From Nitrospirota bacterium (GTDB lineage: Bacteria > Nitrospirota > UBA9217): a DNA stretch of 64,000 nt. Positions within the stretch are counted from its first letter, which is position 1. Each line of letters opens with the position of its first letter. The DNA lies in the NCBI GenBank assembly GCA_963845065.1, contig CAWJQQ010000001.1:1088001-1152000 (forward strand), given 5' to 3'. This document shows positions 1-9,221 of the stretch, piece by piece. The notes under the pieces were generated by a model. It ran no database searches, had not been told where the DNA came from, and saw only the letters and a list, made by a program, of their open reading frames with translations. A program made the translations under genes and the position numbers.

Positions 1-283
1 TGTCTTCCTTACGGATTATCATCTTGACTATCATCAGGTGCAGTTACTGTTCCTTACGGGAGTGTTTCATTCAACGATTGCTCCATTGCTATATTACCAT
101 GCGCTCAGAAAGGTTTTAGCTCAGCACGCCGCTATACTTGGATATATGGAGCCTCTTGCCGCGATACCCATGGCATATTTGCTTCTGTCGGAAACGCCTT
201 CTATCTTCGCGCTTTGCGGAGGCGTACTTATTCTTTTTTCCGGTTACCTCATCATTCACGCGCGTCTCAGCAGCAGCTCGTGA
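1..283 (+). CDS. EamA/DMT family transporter, C-terminal part (5' end outside window)
   Basis: Hydrophobic ORF with the EamA-type 'A.ILGYMEPLAA....YLLLSE' and 'GGVLILFSG' pattern; open to the window edge. Confidence 0.8.
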   Translation, partial: VFLTDYHLDYHQVQLLFLTGVFHSTIAPLLYYHALRKVLAQHAAILGYMEPLAAIPMAYLLLSETPSIFALCGGVLILFSGYLIIHARLSSSS

Positions 284-617
284 CATTTATCAATGCCTTG
301 GTACAAATGCAAAAGGCAACATTGTGAAACGATCCGCTCCAGTACACACATCCTTCGTCGTGCATTCAGACAAACGATGGATGCGGTTTAGGATTAAGAT
401 TCTAAGTTATCTTTAACTCTATGATGAGTTTTCTCGTGACCGAGTTTTCTGATAGGTTTGTTTGACCCCTGTTTCCAGTGGTTCTTTAAGGATCAATGCG
501 ACGCAGGGTATGGGAGGTGAGGAATCGTTATGAAACACCGATGGATGGCGGGGAATGAGGACGGTTTAAGATTTATCCATCGGCGAATGGTGCTTCTCTG
601 TCTTAGTATCTCCTCAA

Positions 618-1532
618 TTAGACTTTCTTGATATTTTCTTTTACTTCACGAAGTTTTATTGCCAGCTGCTCGATATGATATCGGTTCTCAACTTTATTCT
701 GCCATTGGGTGGGTATGCATTCAATACCGAAGCCAGCACCAGCGATAGCACCGGTCATTGCACCAATCGTGTCTGCATCGCCGCCGAGACTGACGGCGTA
801 CCCAACCGCTTTTTCGAAGTCGGGATTGGCAAGAAAAGAGTAGATGGCTGTTGGCACCGACTGCAAGGCCTCAGTGCCGTTACCTAACAATGTTACAACA
901 TCATTTTTAGATGGATTTCCATCTAACATCTCGATAATGAGTTTCAGTTTTTCCTGAAAAGGGCCTGGCTGGGTGAACATCCTCAGCGCCTCGAGAAATT
1001 CCTTGTGCTTGATGACTTGAGAATCTGCAAGAACGGCGAGGGCAACAGCGCAGGCCTGTACAGCAGCCCCTTCCAGCGCAAACTCGTGACTGTGCGTAAT
1101 GCCTGACGTATGGTAGGCAATCTCACGGAGCGACTCGGGATCGTCATGGTACAGGAGCCCTACCGGGCTGACTCGCATGGCTGCTCCGTTCCCAGAAGAG
1201 CCGCCGGGATAAAGGTCGCGGTCAAGCATTCCGAACCCCATGCGTCCGCTCTGCATCATCCTGAAGATGCGAGGCGGGCCCGATCCGTACCTGCGCCAGG
1301 GCTCGCGTTCGTAATTCTGTATGAACCGTTCGGCCATGTGCCAATAGTTGAAACCTTTGTGCTCAATAAGTGATTCTGCAACACCTATCGTCATTGCCGT
1401 GTCATCGGTGTAACGCGGCCCGATCTCTTTTACTTCCTGGATTCCAAAGGTCCCTTCAAATCGCGCGCCAAGAGAATCGCCCACTGCGACTCCAACCATT
1501 GATCCGATGAACTTTGAAAGTTTCTGCTCCAT
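618..1532 (-). CDS. ADP-ribosylglycohydrolase family protein (DraG/ARH-like)
   Basis: Motifs GDSLG, YTDDT, GNGAAMR, THSH, GGDADT. Confidence 0.92.
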   Translation of the reverse strand: MEQKLSKFIGSMVGVAVGDSLGARFEGTFGIQEVKEIGPRYTDDTAMTIGVAESLIEHKGFNYWHMAERFIQNYEREPWRRYGSGPPRIFRMMQSGRMGFGMLDRDLYPGGSSGNGAAMRVSPVGLLYHDDPESLREIAYHTSGITHSHEFALEGAAVQACAVALAVLADSQVIKHKEFLEALRMFTQPGPFQEKLKLIIEMLDGNPSKNDVVTLLGNGTEALQSVPTAIYSFLANPDFEKAVGYAVSLGGDADTIGAMTGAIAGAGFGIECIPTQWQNKVENRYHIEQLAIKLREVKENIKKV

Positions 1533-1662
1533 AGCGTCACGTTCAGGATAACAGATTAATATTCAGGAATCAATCGTCAATTTCCATTGTTCCTTATGAT
1601 AATTCCTCGTTAGAGACAATGATTAATTTACACTAAATAGGATATACTCTTAGCGACATACC

Positions 1663-1929
1663 ATGAGGAGAAAAATTATGATTACATCGAATGAAGAGGT
1701 AATCAGAGTTGTTGTGGATATCCCGGAGAAGCACCGGCACCTGAGAACGACAATTGTGCTCCAGGATGGCTGGGAGTTCACATTCCAAGAGGCGACGATA
1801 ACGAATCTGGTAAGAGCTTACATTAATATTAAAACGCACCCCGCAAATTCTACGATCTGCTTAATTGGGCAGCGTCTACTTACTAGGAAGGATGATTTTG
1901 CAGAGTGGCAACTACTTGAGTCAAAATAG
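1663..1929 (+). CDS. Hypothetical protein, 88 aa (start may be 1678)
   Basis: Protein-like ORF divergent from the hydrolase gene; no recognised domain. Confidence 0.6.
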   Translation: MRRKIMITSNEEVIRVVVDIPEKHRHLRTTIVLQDGWEFTFQEATITNLVRAYINIKTHPANSTICLIGQRLLTRKDDFAEWQLLESK

Positions 1930-2171
1930 CACTGGACGATAATAATTAAGTGTCGCCATTTCCATTGACTTGCAATTTTTGTTTTTTCCGCTATACTTAA
2001 TTTATAGTATGGGCCTATTTTGTAACATCTTGATCTATATACTTTTAATTGCATCATTACCTTCACCTCTATAAATTTATGATTGTAGTAGACATACACG
2101 AACCTTTGGCAAGAGAATCCTCTGCTATGCGTCAGAATATGCCCAATCTTTAGTTTAAGGAGGAGTCGCAA

Positions 2172-3377
2172 ATGCAAGCCCAAAAGTTTAAATTCACCAG
2201 AAGAGATTTTTTAAAGACTGCTGGCGTCATGACGGCAATGACGGCACTCGGTGAAATTCCTGCAGAACTTCTAGCTGCAGTGGACAGAAAAAATCTCGTA
2301 CGATTTCCTGAGAAGACAGACATGATTCTCTTGACAGACCGTCCGCCGCAACTTGAGACGCCAATGCGTTATTTCCGTGAACTGATTACGCCGAACGACG
2401 CAGTATTTGTACGATGGCATATTTCTCAAATTCCTACCTCGGTGGATCTCAGAGAGTGGCGGCTTAAAGTGGGTGGTAACACGGAAAAGGAACTCCAGCT
2501 GTCCATGGATGATCTTAAGACCAAGTTCGATAAGGTTACCTATACCGCGGTCATCCAATGTTCAGGCAATAGCAGGAGTTTCTTCGATCCTCCTGTGCCG
2601 GGTGGTCAATGGCAGAACGGAGCCATGGGGAACGTAACCTGGACAGGAGCCCGGCTTAAGGATATTCTTTACCAAGCTGGCATCAAGGAGGGTTCAGTAT
2701 GTGTTTCGTTCGATGGGCTTGACAGCCCTCCGCTGCCAACGGTACCCGATTTAGTTAAGAGTTTGCCGCTGGATAAAGCAACGGAAGAAGACATCATCGT
2801 CGCCTATGAAATGAATGGAACATATCTTCCCATGCTCAATGGTTTCCCCGTACGACTTATTGTCCCCGGGTGGTATGCTACTTACTGGGTCAAGTCATTG
2901 AGTACGATATCAGTTTTGGACAAACAATTTGAGGGATTTTGGATGAAGACTGCCTACCGAATACCTGATGACACCTGCGCCTGCGTGCCGCCCGGTACGG
3001 TTCCGAAGAAGACGATTCCTATTAATCGTTTAGATACCAGGTCATTTATCGTTGAACCTTTTGACGGAACGACTCTCAACGTCAATAAGCCCGTAGAGGT
3101 TATGGGTATAGCTTTCTCCGGCGGCTACGGTGTCAGAGACGTGATCGTTTCGATGGACAATGGTCACACGTGGAACGAAACAAAACTGGGGAAAGATCTC
3201 GGCAAATATGCCTGGAGGCAATGGACCTATTTATGGCATCCGAAAAAACCGGGGAAATACACACTTATGGTGAGGGCCACGGACAGTATCGGCGAATCGC
3301 AGCCCTTTGATGCTTTCTGGAACCCGGCTGGGTTTATGAGGAACAATATTGAAAAAATCGAAGTAAAGGTAAAGTAG
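2172..3377 (+). CDS. Tat-exported sulfite oxidase family molybdoenzyme (SorA/SoxC-like)
   Basis: TRRDFLK twin-arginine signal, FVRWH, QCSGNSR (Mo-ligating Cys), NGFPVRLIVPGWY, C-terminal dimerisation domain; SD GGAGGAG. Confidence 0.9.
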   Translation: MQAQKFKFTRRDFLKTAGVMTAMTALGEIPAELLAAVDRKNLVRFPEKTDMILLTDRPPQLETPMRYFRELITPNDAVFVRWHISQIPTSVDLREWRLKVGGNTEKELQLSMDDLKTKFDKVTYTAVIQCSGNSRSFFDPPVPGGQWQNGAMGNVTWTGARLKDILYQAGIKEGSVCVSFDGLDSPPLPTVPDLVKSLPLDKATEEDIIVAYEMNGTYLPMLNGFPVRLIVPGWYATYWVKSLSTISVLDKQFEGFWMKTAYRIPDDTCACVPPGTVPKKTIPINRLDTRSFIVEPFDGTTLNVNKPVEVMGIAFSGGYGVRDVIVSMDNGHTWNETKLGKDLGKYAWRQWTYLWHPKKPGKYTLMVRATDSIGESQPFDAFWNPAGFMRNNIEKIEVKVK

Positions 3378-3387
3378 GAGTTATACT

Positions 3388-3723
3388 ATGAAGAACCTCT
3401 TGATGATATTCACGATTGTGATAATCACGACAGTACCATTGCTGGTCAAGGGCCAGGAGAACCAGGATAAGGAAACCATTCATTCAATCGAACTTCCTGC
3501 GATCCAGGTTCACCTAAAGCCCGGGCCTGGTTTGGATAAGGTGTCCTCGCTTTGCAATGTTTGCCACACGCTGAAATATATCACCATGCAGCCCGCGTTC
3601 CCAAGGGCAACGTGGACCGCCGAAGTGAACAAGATGATCAAAGTGATGGGTGCGCCAATCAATGAAGAAAATGCGAATACGATCATCGATTATCTGAGTA
3701 CAGCATATGGGACCGGTAAATGA
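3388..3723 (+). CDS. Monoheme cytochrome c, SorB-like partner of the molybdoenzyme
   Basis: Signal peptide, CNVCH, YITMQP and W.AEV.KM...GAPI pattern; directly follows the sorA-like gene. Confidence 0.85.
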   Translation: MKNLLMIFTIVIITTVPLLVKGQENQDKETIHSIELPAIQVHLKPGPGLDKVSSLCNVCHTLKYITMQPAFPRATWTAEVNKMIKVMGAPINEENANTIIDYLSTAYGTGK

Positions 3724-3770
3724 CGATGTCTCTGTATCATAATTTAAACAGGCTTAGAGAGGGGAAGAGG

Positions 3771-4103
3771 ATGATGAAAAAAATGTTTATGGTAATGTTT
3801 GTAGTGGTAGTTATATGCAGCATGTCATTTTTTGCTTTTGCTCAAAAGACGTCTTCAAGCACGGGTGAATCATTATTTGCGGCGAACTGTCAGGTTTGCC
3901 ATCCAGATGGAGGGAATATCATCAACCCGGCATATACTCTCCATCAGAAAGACCGCTATGCACACAATGTGAAAACCGCGGCTGATATCGTGAATAAAAT
4001 GAGAAACCCTGGGCCGGGGATGACGAAATTCGATGAGAAAGCCATTTCTGACAATGATGCCCATACAATAGCTGAATATGTTATAAAAACATTCAAGAAA
4101 TAG
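3771..4103 (+). CDS. Cytochrome c6-like monoheme cytochrome
   Basis: Signal peptide, GESLFAANCQVCHPDGGNII, distal Met in GPGMTKF. Confidence 0.85.
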   Translation: MMKKMFMVMFVVVVICSMSFFAFAQKTSSSTGESLFAANCQVCHPDGGNIINPAYTLHQKDRYAHNVKTAADIVNKMRNPGPGMTKFDEKAISDNDAHTIAEYVIKTFKK

Positions 4104-4144
4104 ACTTTATCGTCCATATCACTGTTGATTTCAAAAATAGTTTT

Positions 4145-4181
4145 CTAATCCCGCTCGGGAGCGCCCCTTGAGCGGGATTAG
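4145..4181 (+). terminator. Stem-loop after the sor-type operon
   Basis: Perfect 12-bp inverted repeat CTAATCCCGCTC / GAGCGGGATTAG; no strong U-tract. Confidence 0.6.
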
Positions 4182-4289
4182 TCGATTAACATTCTCTAGA
4201 TCATAATCCACTTATCCCCCCGACCGACAGATATCTTCATTAATTGAGCCAGTCCGCGCGCCATGTAGACGTCCGAAACACTTAGGAAA

Positions 4290-4335
4290 ATAGCGCGGCA
4301 AACTCCACTTGTCTTAGCGGTGGGAGTACCTCATG
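4290..4335 (+). mobile_element. Degenerate IS200/IS605-type right-end hairpin (orphan)
   Basis: AAACTCCACTTGTCTTAGCGGTGGGAGTACCTCA resembles the ends at 22419 and 52819. Confidence 0.4.
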
Positions 4336-4477
4336 CTCTATCCACATATAACGTCAAGAATTGCTGTGTTCTTTCAGTCGCCGATATTGGTGAATGCAAC
4401 TATCTGATATTTATTGTTCTGTGATTGGCTATCTCCACAGACCATTAAGTAGATATAATTTTGAATAATTTTTTTAT

Positions 4478-4520
4478 TTAACATGTTAAGATTGACAAAT
4501 AATGAACTCTATGATAAGTT
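4478..4520 (+). promoter_or_regulatory. Sigma70-type promoter of the hydrogenase operon with adjacent palindrome
   Basis: TTGACA(4492-4497)-N17-TAAGTT with extended TG; palindrome TTAACATGTTAA at 4478-4489. Confidence 0.5.
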
Positions 4521-4648
4521 TTTGGTTGATTATGGTTTTTTGGAACTGCAATCAGCGTTTTTTTTTGCTACAAACGCAGCTTCTTTCTTAATAATCTCAA
4601 GCCACTCCCACATATAGGATTTCAAAGTAAATTCAAAGGAGGATGCGT

Positions 4649-5758
4649 ATGAGTAAAAAAGGGGAAGTGAGTAAGCAGTTTCTTGATGCTCTCGAGTTTC
4701 GAGGTATCAAACGAAGAGATTTTTTAAAGTATTGTGGTGCAACAGCGGCGCTTATCGGCCTTTCAGAGTTGTACGGGCCGAAAATTGCAGCGGCATTAGA
4801 AAAGGCTTCCAAGCGCACGCCGGTCGTCTGGCTCAACTTTGCGTCCGATTCCGGGTGTACCGAGTCCTTCATCAAAGCAACATACCCAAGTCCCGCCGAA
4901 GTCATCCTTGATATTTTAAGCGTCGATTACAACGAAACCATCATGGCTGCAGCGGGCAAGCAGGCGGAAGAGATCCTGGCCAACTCTGCAAAGACTGGCG
5001 GCTACGTTCTCATAGTCGAAGGCGGCGTTCCGACCAAGAAAGGCCACGGCATGATCGGGAACAAAGAGATGCTCGTCGTGCTGAAGGAGATGGCGGCTCC
5101 TGCCGTAGCCGTGATTGCGATCGGCAGTTGCGCGACGGACGGCGGTGTACCGGCAGCGAAGCCGAACCCCTCCCAGATTATCGGGACGGGAGAGGCGTTA
5201 ATGCGGGTAGGGATCACGAAACCGCTCATCAACATGGACCTTTGCCCGGTCAACCCGCAGTATTTAGTCGGCGTAGTGGTCAATTATCTTCTTCTCGGCA
5301 AGCTTCCGGATCTGGATTCCCAAGGCCGTCCCAAGATGTTTTACGGCCAGACGATCCACGACAACTGTGAGCGGCGGGCCCATTTCGACGGAGGCAGGTT
5401 TGTCACGAAGTTCGGGAGCCAGGAAGAAGCGATGGGGTACTGTTTGTACAAGATGGGGTGCAAAGGCCCGATGACCTATTCGGCATGCCCGAAGATCCAG
5501 TATAATAATCGGACGAGTTGGTGCATCAAGGCCGGCGGGCCGTGCATCGGCTGCGCCGAGCGAGGCTGGACGGACAAGTTTGCCGGGTTCTACGAGCCGC
5601 TTCCTGGCGTGAAGATCCCTGGCCTTGGCGGCGTTGAGGCCGGCGCGGACAAGATTGGCGCGGTCGCGGCAGTAGCCACGGCAGTCGGCATCGCAGTGCA
5701 TGCGGTAGCAACTGCCGGCTCGGGCAGGACCGAAGAAAAAAAGGGAGGTAAGAAATAA
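4649..5758 (+). CDS. [NiFe]-hydrogenase small subunit (group 1, Tat signal, C-terminal membrane anchor)
   Basis: RRDFLKYC Tat motif, GSCA, CP.NP, HDNCERR, CLYKMGCKGP, PCIGC; SD AGGAGG 6 nt before ATG 4649. Confidence 0.95.
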   Translation: MSKKGEVSKQFLDALEFRGIKRRDFLKYCGATAALIGLSELYGPKIAAALEKASKRTPVVWLNFASDSGCTESFIKATYPSPAEVILDILSVDYNETIMAAAGKQAEEILANSAKTGGYVLIVEGGVPTKKGHGMIGNKEMLVVLKEMAAPAVAVIAIGSCATDGGVPAAKPNPSQIIGTGEALMRVGITKPLINMDLCPVNPQYLVGVVVNYLLLGKLPDLDSQGRPKMFYGQTIHDNCERRAHFDGGRFVTKFGSQEEAMGYCLYKMGCKGPMTYSACPKIQYNNRTSWCIKAGGPCIGCAERGWTDKFAGFYEPLPGVKIPGLGGVEAGADKIGAVAAVATAVGIAVHAVATAGSGRTEEKKGGKK

Positions 5759-7350
5759 TGGCTAGAATAACCATAGACCCGATGACAAGAATCGAAGGAC
5801 ATCTGCGGATCGATGTCGAGATCGAAGGCGGTAAGGTCAAGGATGCGTGGACCACGGGAACGTTGTTTCGGGGATTCGAGCTCATCCTCCAGGGCAGGGA
5901 CCCGCGAGACGCCTGGCACATCACCCAGCGCATTTGCGGCGTATGCCCTACGTCCCACGGCCATGCCTCGTCCATGAGCATGGACGATGCATTCAAGGTC
6001 AGGCCGCCGGACAATGGCCGCATCATCCGGAATATCATTGAAGGCGCCCAGTTCGTCCACTCCCATATACTGTGGTTCTACCATTTAAACGCGCTGGACT
6101 ACGTAGACGTGGTTTCGGCCTTAAAAGCCGAGCCCAAGGAACCGTCATTGAAAAGGGTTCAGGCCAAGTTGAAGTCCTTTGTCGAATCAGGGCAGCTTGG
6201 CCCCTTTGCGAATGGCTACTGGGGCCATCCGGCCTACAAACTGCCTCCTGACGTAAACCTTCTGGCCGTGGCGCACTACCTCGAAGCTCTCGAGATGCAG
6301 GCAAAAGCGGCCTCGGTGAGCGCGCTTTTCGGCGGCCGGATGCCGATGACCATGACGAGCCCTCCCGGCGGGGTGACCCACGTGCCGAGCGTAGACGACC
6401 TGAAGAACTACCTTTTCCGGGTAAAGGAGCTTCAGGACTGGATCGACAACATATTCATCACCGACCTGCTTGCCATAGCCCCGTTCTACCTGGGCGCAGC
6501 GGGTGTGGGCAAAGGATACGCGAACTTCCTTTCCTGGGGCGTATTCGAAGACGCCTCCTTCGATCCCAAGAAGAGGCTGCTACCCCGGGGCGCCATATTT
6601 GCTTCTGACTTTCCGAAGGTTCATGATGCCAAGCCCGAGGACGTTACGGAAGACACCACGCACGGCTGGTATAAGGACGGGAAGCCGCTCAATCCGGCAG
6701 AAGGCGAGACCGAGCCCGAGTACACGGGGTATGATTCTAACAAGAAATACACCTGGGCCAAGGCCCCGCGTCTCCAGGGCAAGCCCATGGAAGTGGGGGC
6801 CCTTGCCAGGATGGTTGTGGCATACGCCTCAGGGCAGCCCACGGTCAAGAAGCTGATTGACGACACGCTTGCCAAGATAGGCCATCCGGGCCATCCGGAG
6901 GTGCTTTTCGGCATCATCGGCAGGATAGCTGGCCGGGCCCTTGAGTGCAAGATGGTCGCGGACTCGATGCACCAGTGGGGTTTGGAAGTCATCGAGAACA
7001 TCAAGAAGGGGAACGCGGCGGTCTATAACGAATACACGATCCCGGACAAGGCCCAGGGAATCGGGTTGTGGGAAGCCCCCCGCGGCGCACTTGGCCACTG
7101 GATCGATGTTTCGGGGAAAAGGATCAAGAACTACCAGTGCGTGGTGCCCACGACGTGGAACGTCTGCCCGCGTGACAACAAGAATGTGCGCGGTCCGATC
7201 GAAGAGGCGCTTGTTGGGACGGCAGTGGAGAATGCGGAAAAGCCGCTTGAAATTCTGCGTGTGGTCCACTCCTTCGACCCGTGCCTTGCGTGCACGGTGC
7301 ATGTGATCCATCCTGAGTCGAATCGAATCATGGACTTCAAGGTCGCATAG
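5758..7350 (+). CDS. [NiFe]-hydrogenase large subunit (group 1, 1a-like L1 motif, Cys not Sec)
   Basis: RIEGH, L1 QRICGVCPTSH, APRG, L2 SFDPCLACTVH plus cleavable C-terminal extension. Confidence 0.96.
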   Translation: MARITIDPMTRIEGHLRIDVEIEGGKVKDAWTTGTLFRGFELILQGRDPRDAWHITQRICGVCPTSHGHASSMSMDDAFKVRPPDNGRIIRNIIEGAQFVHSHILWFYHLNALDYVDVVSALKAEPKEPSLKRVQAKLKSFVESGQLGPFANGYWGHPAYKLPPDVNLLAVAHYLEALEMQAKAASVSALFGGRMPMTMTSPPGGVTHVPSVDDLKNYLFRVKELQDWIDNIFITDLLAIAPFYLGAAGVGKGYANFLSWGVFEDASFDPKKRLLPRGAIFASDFPKVHDAKPEDVTEDTTHGWYKDGKPLNPAEGETEPEYTGYDSNKKYTWAKAPRLQGKPMEVGALARMVVAYASGQPTVKKLIDDTLAKIGHPGHPEVLFGIIGRIAGRALECKMVADSMHQWGLEVIENIKKGNAAVYNEYTIPDKAQGIGLWEAPRGALGHWIDVSGKRIKNYQCVVPTTWNVCPRDNKNVRGPIEEALVGTAVENAEKPLEILRVVHSFDPCLACTVHVIHPESNRIMDFKVA

Positions 7351-7362
7351 GGGGAGGATGCC

Positions 7363-8004
7363 ATGAAAGAAGAACTGGTAAAGGAGTGGAGTGTCGGCTA
7401 TATCCTGGACCACTGGATACGGGTTGTCGCGATCGCAGTGCTCATCTTCACCGGTCTATATATTCACTGGCCGTTCATCGCAGGCGGTCCGGACAGTACC
7501 ATCATGGCCACGATACGGTTTCTCCATTTTGTTTCGGCCTATGCGCTCATTCTGGGCCTGGTGATCAGGGTCTATATGGCCTTCAAGTCCACCTTCGACG
7601 CAGATTGGAAAGACTTCTCGGTCAGCGAGAACCTGAAAAATATCCCGGACATCCTGGGATACTATCTTTTTTTCAAGGGTTCTCACAAGGACTACCGTAA
7701 ATACAACCCGCTCCAGGCATTAGCTTATCTTTTCACCGGGCTGGTGATCATCTTCACGGCGTTAACCGGCGCAGCCTTGTATCATGGCAACTTGTTCGGG
7801 TTTATTGCGTGCCCGGGCAGTTTCCGGTGGGTGAGCAGCTGTTTGGGAGGCGAGTCGTACACGAGGATATGGCATATTCTCGCCATGTGGTACTTCATTG
7901 TCTTCGTCTTGATCCACGTGTATTTGAACATTTCATTCAGCATGATCGAGAAAGACAGGTCCTTGAGCGCGATTTTTACGGGATACAAGCTCAAAAAACA
8001 GTAA
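7363..8004 (+). CDS. Hydrogenase b-type cytochrome subunit (HyaC/HupC-like)
   Basis: Four TM segments with heme His residues (DHW, LHF, WH, IHVY) and YNPLQ motif. Confidence 0.92.
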   Translation: MKEELVKEWSVGYILDHWIRVVAIAVLIFTGLYIHWPFIAGGPDSTIMATIRFLHFVSAYALILGLVIRVYMAFKSTFDADWKDFSVSENLKNIPDILGYYLFFKGSHKDYRKYNPLQALAYLFTGLVIIFTALTGAALYHGNLFGFIACPGSFRWVSSCLGGESYTRIWHILAMWYFIVFVLIHVYLNISFSMIEKDRSLSAIFTGYKLKKQ

Positions 8005-8005
8005 G

Positions 8006-8512
8006 ATGCTATCAGATGAACAGCTCCGGGGAGGCGCTACGGCGCCTCCCCGAAAAGTTTTAATTCTCGGCGTCGGCAATATTCTGCTCAGTGATGACGG
8101 TTTCGGCGTACACCTGATCAACTCCCTCGCGGATACCCCCTTTCCCCCGAACGTCCAGGTCCTTGAAGCCGGCACGGTAAGCCACCAGCTCATCCCGCTG
8201 TTCCGGGAGCTTGACCACCTCATCATCATCGACGTGGTGGAGGCCGGCGACACGCCCGGGTCCCTGTTCCGTTTTTCCCCGGAAGACCTGCAGTTCACGA
8301 AAGAGCAGATGGTGTCGTTGCACCAGATCAGCCTGATCGATGTCCTCACCATGGCCGAACTGACGGGGGGGAAGCCAAAGACCGTCATTATCGGCGTCCA
8401 GCCCAAAGACGTCTCGACGTGGTCCCTGGAGCTGACCGAGCCGGTGAAGGCTGTGCTCCCGAAGGTCAAAGAGCTGATATTCGAAGAGCTGAAAAAGATT
8501 GAGGCACTCTGA
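8006..8512 (+). CDS. Hydrogenase maturation protease (HyaD/HybD family)
   Basis: LGVGNILLSDDGFG, IIIDVV, SLHQ. Confidence 0.93.
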   Translation: MLSDEQLRGGATAPPRKVLILGVGNILLSDDGFGVHLINSLADTPFPPNVQVLEAGTVSHQLIPLFRELDHLIIIDVVEAGDTPGSLFRFSPEDLQFTKEQMVSLHQISLIDVLTMAELTGGKPKTVIIGVQPKDVSTWSLELTEPVKAVLPKVKELIFEELKKIEAL

Positions 8513-8611
8513 AGACCGCATACAAGGCTTGACATGACCGGTATTCTGTGGGATAGTTTCACAGTTCCCACGAACATTTTCGCTATTCACGTTATAAGAC
8601 AGGACCGACCA

Positions 8612-9154
8612 ATGTGCCTCGCCATACCCTCCCGGGTCATCAGTATCGACGGTCTTACAGCCACGATCGACGTTTTCGGCGCCCGCAGACAGGTAAGCCT
8701 CATGCTGTTGTCCGAAGAGCCGCGGGTCGGGGACTATGTGCTGGTCCACGCCGGCTTCGCGATCCAGAAGCTCGAGAAGGAACGTCTCGAATCAGGAGAA
8801 ATCATGCACGAAGCATCCATTGCTCTCAGCATTATCGATATCGTCCAGGCAAAATGCATGGAAGAAGGGTTGAGCTCCGTGGATTCCATCCGGCTGCGGA
8901 TCGGCAGGGCCGCCGGCATCCTGCCCGAAGCCCTGGCCTTCGCCTTTGACGCGTCCAAGGACACCACCGTGGCAAAAAACGCAAAACTCGTTATCGAGAC
9001 CGTGCCTGTGGGCGGGACGTGCCGCGATTGCCGGAAAGAGTTCGACGCGCCGGAAAACGCCCAGTATGTGCTGTCCTGCCCCCATTGCGGTTCAACCTCC
9101 TATGAGATCACGCGCGGCCGTGAGATGGAGATCCTCGATATGGAGACGAATTGA
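8612..9154 (+). CDS. hypC/hypA: HypC-HypA fusion hydrogenase maturation protein
   Basis: N-terminal MCLAIP...GDYVLVHAGFAI (HypC) reads in frame into MHEASIA...CRDC...CPHCGS...GREM (HypA, from 8804). Confidence 0.92.
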   Translation: MCLAIPSRVISIDGLTATIDVFGARRQVSLMLLSEEPRVGDYVLVHAGFAIQKLEKERLESGEIMHEASIALSIIDIVQAKCMEEGLSSVDSIRLRIGRAAGILPEALAFAFDASKDTTVAKNAKLVIETVPVGGTCRDCRKEFDAPENAQYVLSCPHCGSTSYEITRGREMEILDMETN

Positions 9155-9221
9155 TGAAGCATGAATTTATTCTGGCGGCCGCAGAGCATCAGGAAGGGCT
9201 TTGTGAAGAAAGGGCGGCGGC

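Noticed and set aside
513..631. 33-codon ORF with GGAGGTGA SD (ATG 530)
   Set aside because: No recognisable features; overlaps the 3' end and a likely terminator hairpin of the opposite-strand hydrolase gene.
1988..2012. ModE-like box (CTATA-N7-TATAG) upstream of the molybdoenzyme
   Set aside because: Only a partial match in very AT-rich DNA, and it overlaps a likely -10 element.
7270..7305. Possible [NiFeSe] hydrogenase (selenocysteine in L2)
   Set aside because: L2 reads DPCLAC with TGC codons; no in-frame TGA.
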